Virus record (IMG/VR): IMGVR_UViG_2909257012_000006
Location: 1-41,364 of that record
DNA length: 41,364 nt
Source of the DNA: a virus
Taxonomy: Duplodnaviria > Heunggongvirae > Uroviricota > Caudoviricetes
Reading direction: 5' to 3' (one strand)
The stretch's first letter is position 1. Every line of letters begins with the position of its first letter. The position numbers and the translations under genes were made by a program. Below, piece after piece: positions 40,569-41,364 of the stretch. The notes below the pieces were generated by a model, which worked only from the letters and a program-made list of their open reading frames with translations, was not told where the DNA came from and searched no databases.

Positions 40569-40850
40569 ATGAGCATTCATGATTTGTGTGAAGATCAAGA
40601 GCAATGGGCTATGCAGACCCTTATGGGATCAGGAGTTCTTGCAAGGTGCAGAATCCATAACGATGTAATTTTAGACAGCGGAAATGATGCTTCTTCTGCT
40701 TATAAATTAGGAACTTACCTATATCAAAAAGATAATAGCTGCAACTTATTCAATACTCTTACTGAAGCCCGCGACGCAATAAAGGATGCATATGAATCGT
40801 ATTGTGGGATTGATGATTGCCCACAATGCTCAAAATACATTGACGATTAA
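40569..40850 (+). CDS. Hypothetical Cys-containing protein
   Basis: 93 aa from internal ATG; CPQC motif. Confidence 0.45.
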   Translation: MSIHDLCEDQEQWAMQTLMGSGVLARCRIHNDVILDSGNDASSAYKLGTYLYQKDNSCNLFNTLTEARDAIKDAYESYCGIDDCPQCSKYIDD

Positions 40851-40938
40851 TAATATGAACAAGTAACTATCCTCGCACTCGCGGGGATTTCTTTTATCTG
40901 AACTCGCTACGGCGGGTTTTGTTTTATGGAGATGATAA

Positions 40939-41106
40939 ATGCACTTTCGAGTCACAGGTGAATGGAATGGAGAGCCATTCAACAGAGTTATCGAAGCAGA
41001 GAACATCAATGACTGCTATGACCACTGGATGCTATGGGCGCAGATAGCGCATGCAGACATAACCAATATTCGAATTGAAGAACTGAAAGAACACCAAGCC
41101 GCCTGA
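40939..41106 (+). CDS. Small hypothetical protein (55 aa)
   Basis: GGAG RBS 7 nt upstream; stop lies in terminator loop; below track cutoff. Confidence 0.4.
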   Translation: MHFRVTGEWNGEPFNRVIEAENINDCYDHWMLWAQIAHADITNIRIEELKEHQAA

Positions 41107-41121
41107 TGGCGGTTTTTTATT
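41096..41121 (+). terminator. Rho-independent terminator upstream of xis-int
   Basis: CCGCC-tgat-GGCGG followed by TTTTTTATT. Confidence 0.65.
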
Positions 41122-41125
41122 ACCT

Positions 41126-41145
41126 GATTTGCAGGTTCGATTCCC
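41126..41145. other. tRNA T-arm-like segment (TTGCAGGTTCGATTCC), candidate att core or relic
   Basis: 16-mer matches recalled E. coli argW T-stem/loop; located upstream of xis next to IntS-type integrase; downstream bases do not complete a tRNA 3' end. Confidence 0.35.
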
Positions 41146-41163
41146 TATTCGGAGATAGCACTC

Positions 41164-41364
41164 ATGCAACACGAACTACAGCCTGATTCACTGGTTGATT
41201 TGAAATTCATCATGGCCGATACTGGCTTCGGTAAAACCTTCATCTATGACCGGATTAAGTCCGGCGACCTGCCAAAAGCCAAAGTTATCCACGGGCGAGC
41301 AAGATGGTTATATCGTGACCATTGTGAATTCAAAAATAAGCTCTTAAGCCGCGCCAATGGGTAA
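41164..41364 (+). CDS. xis: AlpA/Xis-type excisionase or transcriptional regulator
   Basis: 66 aa; DLKFIMADTGFGKTFIYDRIKSGDLP HTH typical of AlpA family; stop abuts int start across the window boundary. Confidence 0.75.
   Translation: MQHELQPDSLVDLKFIMADTGFGKTFIYDRIKSGDLPKAKVIHGRARWLYRDHCEFKNKLLSRANG

Overview
The window reads as a complete, circularly permuted genome (about 41.4 kb) of a temperate P22/Sf6-like lambdoid phage of Enterobacteriaceae. The pL operon runs on the + strand from cI (32.9 kb) through a P22-type N, a RecT module and an AlpA-type xis (window end) straight into an IntS-type integrase (window start). On the - strand, cro-cII-replication-nin-Q-lysis-terminase-head-tail-tailspike run from 32.8 kb down to 1.3 kb. 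The genome is strongly mosaic: lambda-type Q/pR'/tR'/S/R and CI C-terminal domain, P22-type nut sites, immI (arc/ant/mnt) and virion genes, Sf6-type terminase. Two IS911 copies (1250 bp, each with an AAC 3-bp target duplication in IS orientation) lie in inverted orientation, one in the late operon and one in the pL operon. The most unusual content is (1) a tRNA-like element with an oversized anticodon arm plus a 39-aa membrane peptide in the pL leader between nutL and N, and (2) an HNH-AP2 endonuclease gene inserted precisely into the pR' leader, with a paralog near the tailspike. Other accessory content: an expanded immI region, a signal-peptide moron protein, an MT-A70 methyltransferase and unknown ORFs at the ren/nin position. 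No CRISPR array, rRNA or canonical tRNA was found. All homology calls are from reading the translations and from recall of reference sequences, not from database searches.
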